DNA of 64,000 nt, from contig CAXXVZ010000005.1 of the NCBI GenBank assembly GCA_963678065.2, positions 704,001 to 768,000 of the forward strand. Reading direction: 5' to 3'. How positions within the stretch are numbered: the stretch's first letter is position 1; the number at the start of each line of letters is the position of its first letter. The translations under genes and the position numbers were made by a program. Under the pieces are notes generated by a model. That model saw only the letters and a list, made by a program, of their open reading frames with translations. It made no database searches and was not told where the DNA came from. Source of the stretch: Treponemataceae bacterium (GTDB lineage Bacteria; Spirochaetota; Spirochaetia; Treponematales; Rectinemataceae). Below, piece after piece: positions 60,236 to 64,000 of the stretch.

Positions 60236-60298
60236 CCCTCTACCGGGTGGGGATTCCTAGTTGCCATATGGTGGGGAAAACTACTTGCCATTTCCACA

Positions 60299-60363
60299 AA
60301 GCGAGTGTAGCGATGGCCGAAGAGGGAGCTTGCGACCGATGAGCGTGAACAGCGCTGTTAGTT
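60299..60363 (-). repeat. attC-like site 5, right part
   Basis: AAGCGAGTGTAGCGATGGCCGAAG...GTTAGTT. Confidence 0.8.
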
Positions 60364-60481
60364 GCAGTCGTGACCTTCGAGCGCGCTTGGATGGGGAGAC
60401 TTGTCTCCTCATCCAATACTCTATCTTGCGCGCGTTCTTCTCTTCCTCTTCTCTTACCCTTATTTTTTCTTTCACGATTGC
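60364..60481. other. Mini-cassette with 118 bp of cargo and an internal hairpin
   Basis: Matching cassette ends; hairpin at 60387-60416. Confidence 0.7.
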
Positions 60482-60621
60482 AACTAACGTTTCCGGCCTG
60501 CGACGTTTTGGCCCGCATCGGCGGGACAAAATGTGCCTGAATGGAACGAGCGTATGCGAGTGGAATGAAGGCCGAAGAAGGAGCCGAAGGCGACTGATGA
60601 GTGTGGGCCGCGGTGTTATCT
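60482..60621 (-). repeat. attC-like site 6
   Basis: AACTAAC...GTTATCT, 140 bp. Confidence 0.88.
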
Positions 60622-60774
60622 GCTTTTCGCCCCCTCTTCAAACCTTTTTACCTTCTCTTCATCTTCCTCTTTTCTTCACCCTTTTACGTTTGTTTTTATC
60701 GTTATTCCCTATATGATTTTAGAGCCATTCCATAGTTTTCAAAATTCTATTCACACTATTTTTGTTATACTCTA

Positions 60775-62169
60775 GAGGCTTTTTCAAAACTTCGTAATCC
60801 GCTTTGTAAAAAAGCGAGTTATTGTAACTGAAGCTTCGTTTTTGCACAGTAAAAATTACATGTGCAGTAAAAAGGGCTCTCTTTTCAGTGCAAAAGATGG
60901 ACTACCCCTACAAAATCCGGTTCTGCCGGATTGCCCGGTTACGATTTCTGCAGTTCGGGAAGGATGAAGTACTGCAAAGCCTTGACGGCCGCCAGAACCA
61001 CTACCCCGCACATGAGCAGGAATGATACTTTCTCAAATCCCCGTACAAATATCTGACCCGGTATGAGCCAATCCTTCAAATGCGAGTTTGCACGTTCAAC
61101 CGTTGTCCTGATTGTGTACCGCTCCTTCTGTGACGGCGAAAATGGTTCCCGTTCCGTCCCACGACGCGTATTCCGATCAATCAGCGGAACACGCCCACGT
61201 CCCTGGATATAGGTCGCGATGGGATCCGCATCGTATGCAGCGTCCATGACTGAATACAGATGTCGGACCTTTTTCTCTGTTATCTTTTCCAGAGGAATCG
61301 CTACTTGCGAATCATGAACATTGGCGCCGGTTACGACTGCTGAAATAGGGAATCCTGTGTCGCTGACATCAAGGTGCAACTTGTATCCTTTCCATGTTTC
61401 CCTATTCCCCTGGCTGTTCTTCTTGCATCCCCATGCACAGTCTTTGGATAGTTCTGACAAGGATTTCCTGACGCTTTGGCCGACTTGCTTTTCTATCTGT
61501 GTCGGCTCCTTCACAGGCCGAACTTCTCCTTTTCGGGGACGACCTCGTTTCCGTTGCGGTGTCACGGAAGAAACAGCTTCACGTTTGGCAGGTACAGGTT
61601 TTTCTCGTGCTCGTATCTCCGTCGCATCCCGATTTATGTGTCCGACGATATGGCCGTCATGACAATCCTTCACCATGGTATTCAAAGTCTGAATCAGCGG
61701 AGTCTTTTTTGAAAACTCCGCGTAGCGACGCGAAAAGGTCGCAGAGCTTGGAACGGAGGTGAAGCCGCATATCCTCCGCAGATTCGGATCGTTGATCAGC
61801 CTGTTCCTAAGGTCCGTGACTGTCGCTATGTGGAATACCGTTCGGGCGAAAAACGCCCGCATGATCGGTTCGTTCCGATGTGGAGGACGGCCAGTCCGTG
61901 CACATGGTGATGTAATCCGTGGCTGAGCATCTTCAATGACTCTGAGCAGGGCGATAAAAAAGCGATGCTCGTCGGTGAGATATTCTTCGAAACATCGCTG
62001 GATATCGTAGGAAATCGGCAAAAGTATTTGCGCTCCGCCCAGTATTTCTGGTATGGTTTTCATCAGCGGGGGCTCCTCCTGGTGACGTTTGTGTTGCAAC
62101 ATCATCATACAGGTTCTGTCCCCGCTTTTCATTAAAATTCGTTCATCTCATGACTTTTGAAAGAGCCTC
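60775..62169 (-). mobile_element. IS5/IS1182-like insertion sequence
   Basis: IR GAGGCTTTTTCAAAA / TTTTGAAAGAGCCTC; 4-bp target duplication TCTA (60771-74, 62170-73). Confidence 0.82.
60939..62132 (-). CDS. DDE transposase (DUF772-like N-terminus plus DDE domain); start may be the downstream MKTIPE
   Basis: VPSSATFSR, DATEI, GYKLH, ANVHDS, MDAAYD, RTTVERANSHLK. Confidence 0.85.
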   Translation of the reverse strand: MKSGDRTCMMMLQHKRHQEEPPLMKTIPEILGGAQILLPISYDIQRCFEEYLTDEHRFFIALLRVIEDAQPRITSPCARTGRPPHRNEPIMRAFFARTVFHIATVTDLRNRLINDPNLRRICGFTSVPSSATFSRRYAEFSKKTPLIQTLNTMVKDCHDGHIVGHINRDATEIRAREKPVPAKREAVSSVTPQRKRGRPRKGEVRPVKEPTQIEKQVGQSVRKSLSELSKDCAWGCKKNSQGNRETWKGYKLHLDVSDTGFPISAVVTGANVHDSQVAIPLEKITEKKVRHLYSVMDAAYDADPIATYIQGRGRVPLIDRNTRRGTEREPFSPSQKERYTIRTTVERANSHLKDWLIPGQIFVRGFEKVSFLLMCGVVVLAAVKALQYFILPELQKS

Positions 62170-62288
62170 TCTATACTTTTCTTATTCCATTTTTAACAAC
62201 TCTTTTCACGTTTTCTTACTTTTATAAATTTCGTATCATTATACTTTATCTCTTTTTAATATCAATAATTATTATCTATAATACCTAT

Positions 62289-62322
62289 TTGACAAACATG
62301 CCCATTATATTTATAATATAAT
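62289..62322 (+). promoter_or_regulatory. Consensus sigma70 promoter with overlapping operator palindrome; probably leaderless brnT mRNA
   Basis: TTGACA-17-TATAAT, 6 nt before ATG 62324; inverted repeat ATTATATT-TAT-AATATAAT over the -10. Confidence 0.78.
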
Positions 62323-62323
62323 T

Positions 62324-62614
62324 ATGATACCAATACGGTTTTCATGGGATGAAGCTAAAAATACGATCAACATCGCAAAACACAACATTTCATTTGATGA
62401 AGCTCAAACCGTATTCCATGATCCGTATGCCAGAATCATCTCTGATCCAGAACATTCAGATCAAGAAGATCGTTTCATACTGTTAGGTTTGAGTCAGAAG
62501 CTCAGACTTTTGATTGTCTGCCATTGTTATCGTTCCGATGACGACATCATCAGGATCATTTCTGCCAGAAAAGCATCAAAAACTGAATCAGTATATTATG
62601 GAGGACCGCTATGA
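62324..62614 (+). CDS. brnT: BrnT-family toxin
   Basis: FSWDEAKNTINIAKHNISFDEA, EDRFILLG, IRIISARKA. Confidence 0.92.
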   Translation: MIPIRFSWDEAKNTINIAKHNISFDEAQTVFHDPYARIISDPEHSDQEDRFILLGLSQKLRLLIVCHCYRSDDDIIRIISARKASKTESVYYGGPL

Positions 62615-62820
62615 AAACTGAATACGATTTTTCCCAATCAAAATCCAATCCCTATATAAAGAAACTCAGAAAACAGATCACCATCAGAATTGATATAGAG
62701 ACGATTGAGTATTTCAAGAAGCAGGCTGAAACCACAGGGATTCCCTATCAAAACCTGATAAATCTCTATCTGTATGATTGTGCTTCGAAATCTAAAAAAC
62801 TTGATCTTGCCTGGAAGTGA
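62611..62820 (+). CDS. brnA: BrnA-family antitoxin
   Basis: MKTEYDFS...KQITIRID..TIEYFK...IPYQNLINLYL; ATGA overlap with brnT. Confidence 0.88.
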   Translation: MKTEYDFSQSKSNPYIKKLRKQITIRIDIETIEYFKKQAETTGIPYQNLINLYLYDCASKSKKLDLAWK

Positions 62821-62846
62821 TTTTCTTCCTCTCGGGGGCGAATTGC

Positions 62847-62987
62847 AGATAACGTTCGCCTGCCTACGACGTTGTGGCGAGCATCGGCGAGCCACAATGT
62901 GCCTGAGCGGAATGAGCGACAGCGAGTGTAGCGATGGCCGAAGAAGGAGCAGCAGGCGACTGATGAGCGTGGGCAGCGCTGTTATAC
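62847..62987 (-). repeat. attC-like site 7
   Basis: AGATAAC...GTTATAC, 141 bp. Confidence 0.88.
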
Positions 62988-63833
62988 GCTTTTTGGCGCT
63001 GCTCTTTCTTCTATTCTCTTCAAGTATTCTAATACCTTTCTTCCATTCTCTTTTCTTTTCGTATATCCCAATTCTTTTGATACAACAGATTCAATTTCCA
63101 TAACTATTTGACCTGACACATATAATGATTCCCAAAACTTTTGATCTTCATAATCGTTATACGTTTTTTCTATCTTTTCCCATAATTCTTCTGATACATT
63201 TTTTTTGATAAATCTTCCATACTTCCCAACATTGATTTTCCAACTATGTTCGTGTCCAATATGCCAAGATACTATTTTCAGAAAACACTCTCTGACAATA
63301 CTCTCATACATATACTTTGCATAACATAATTCTTTTCGTGCTATTCCTTTTCCAACATTGATAATACACCACCAAAACTCATTTACCGTTTCATAATACT
63401 CATGTTCTGTTGGTTGTTTTGTAACATATGAAAAATCCGATGGTTCATCCAATTTTTTTATTCTATGATCCTTATCAAGTACTACTTTGGTTAGGCTATC
63501 ATGTAACTTATTTTGAATTGTAGCTACTGGATAGAATGAAGCATCTATCCGTAATCCATCACTAAATTGCATCAAGAATATTGGGAATTCTATAGAATCC
63601 TCAGTACAACAATTGTGCTGAAGAATAAGAAGATCTCCAAAGAAGGCCATCCAGGATTGATCATCAATGAACTGTTTATATGAATTGACACCAAAGATAA
63701 CGTCATAATCTGAATAGTCATCGGATTGAATACTCGGATTGACACGAGATCCATTCAGCAAAACAAGACGAATAGACTCATGTTGATCACCAAAGGAAAT
63801 AATCTGATTCAACACTTGTTCAGTAGTCTTCAT
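62982..63833 (-). CDS. Aminoglycoside 6-adenylyltransferase-like protein (AadK/AadE family)
   Basis: IRLVLLNGSRVNP, DDYSDYDV, FLMQFSDGLRID, NEFWW, VGKGIARKEL, VGKYGRF; ATG 63833 with GGAG upstream; stop TAA inside the attC R'' box. Confidence 0.87.
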   Translation of the reverse strand: MKTTEQVLNQIISFGDQHESIRLVLLNGSRVNPSIQSDDYSDYDVIFGVNSYKQFIDDQSWMAFFGDLLILQHNCCTEDSIEFPIFLMQFSDGLRIDASFYPVATIQNKLHDSLTKVVLDKDHRIKKLDEPSDFSYVTKQPTEHEYYETVNEFWWCIINVGKGIARKELCYAKYMYESIVRECFLKIVSWHIGHEHSWKINVGKYGRFIKKNVSEELWEKIEKTYNDYEDQKFWESLYVSGQIVMEIESVVSKELGYTKRKENGRKVLEYLKRIEERAAPKSV

Positions 63834-63854
63834 TTTTCTCCAGCGCCAAATTGC

Positions 63855-63995
63855 GTATAACGTTTGCCTGCCTACGACGTTGTGGCGAGCATCGGCGAGC
63901 CACAACGTGCCTGAGCGGAATGAGCAAAGCGAGTGCAGCGATGGCCGAAGAAGGAGCCGATAGGCGACTGATGAGCGTGGGCAGTGCTGTTAGTC
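63855..63995 (-). repeat. attC-like site 8
   Basis: GTATAAC...GTTAGTC, 141 bp. Confidence 0.88.
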
Positions 63996-64000
63996 GCTGT

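Larger units (their letters stand above)
57854..60298 (+). mobile_element. IS21-family insertion sequence
   Basis: Ends GTGGAAATGG.../...CCATTTCCACA with doubled internal repeats (TGGYAA...TTCCCCA); istA-istB pair; no target duplication seen. Confidence 0.88.
50679..63995 (-). mobile_element. Integron-type gene cassette array (no intI in the window; continues past the right edge)
   Basis: Eight related ~135-141 bp repeats, each (RYY)TAAC...GTTA(RRY), separating AT-rich 0-2 gene units mostly on the minus strand. Confidence 0.88.

Noticed and set aside
50679..63995. Repeats interpreted as a CRISPR array or REP/MITE family
   Set aside because: Repeats are about 140 bp with gene-sized, variable intervening units and attC-type ends; no cas genes and no target duplications.

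Overview
Bacterial chromosomal window, probably from a high-GC anaerobic spirochaete (inferred from archaeal-type PyrH, tRNA-Arg(GCG) and the gene set). Positions 1-47.8 kb are GC-rich backbone. They carry CheW and CheR-TPR, and a poly-gamma-glutamate locus (pgsB-pgsC-pgsW) preceded by three AstE/AspA-like hydrolases, two CapD-like gamma-glutamyltransferases and DUF6305. They also carry a transaldolase/cupin/GntR unit, c-di-GMP signalling genes, a five-tRNA cluster with ffs-dnaX-ybaB-recR, a DRTGG/kinase/[FeFe]-hydrogenase-like trio, dusB, tatD, lptCAB, pyrG and rsmG. From about 48.3 kb to the end is an AT-rich integron-type cassette array on the minus strand. It has eight ~140-bp attC-like repeats (one split by an IS21) and no integrase in the window. 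Cargo is a GNAT, three toxin-antitoxin pairs, a BsuBI/PstI-type R-M system, an ANT(6)-like adenylyltransferase and two ORF-less cassettes; four IS elements have inserted. The most striking pattern is that each of the seven complete cassettes is bounded by its own 17-23 bp terminal inverted repeat. These repeats extend well past the R boxes, and every mismatch falls at positions 10-11 opposite a conserved AA.
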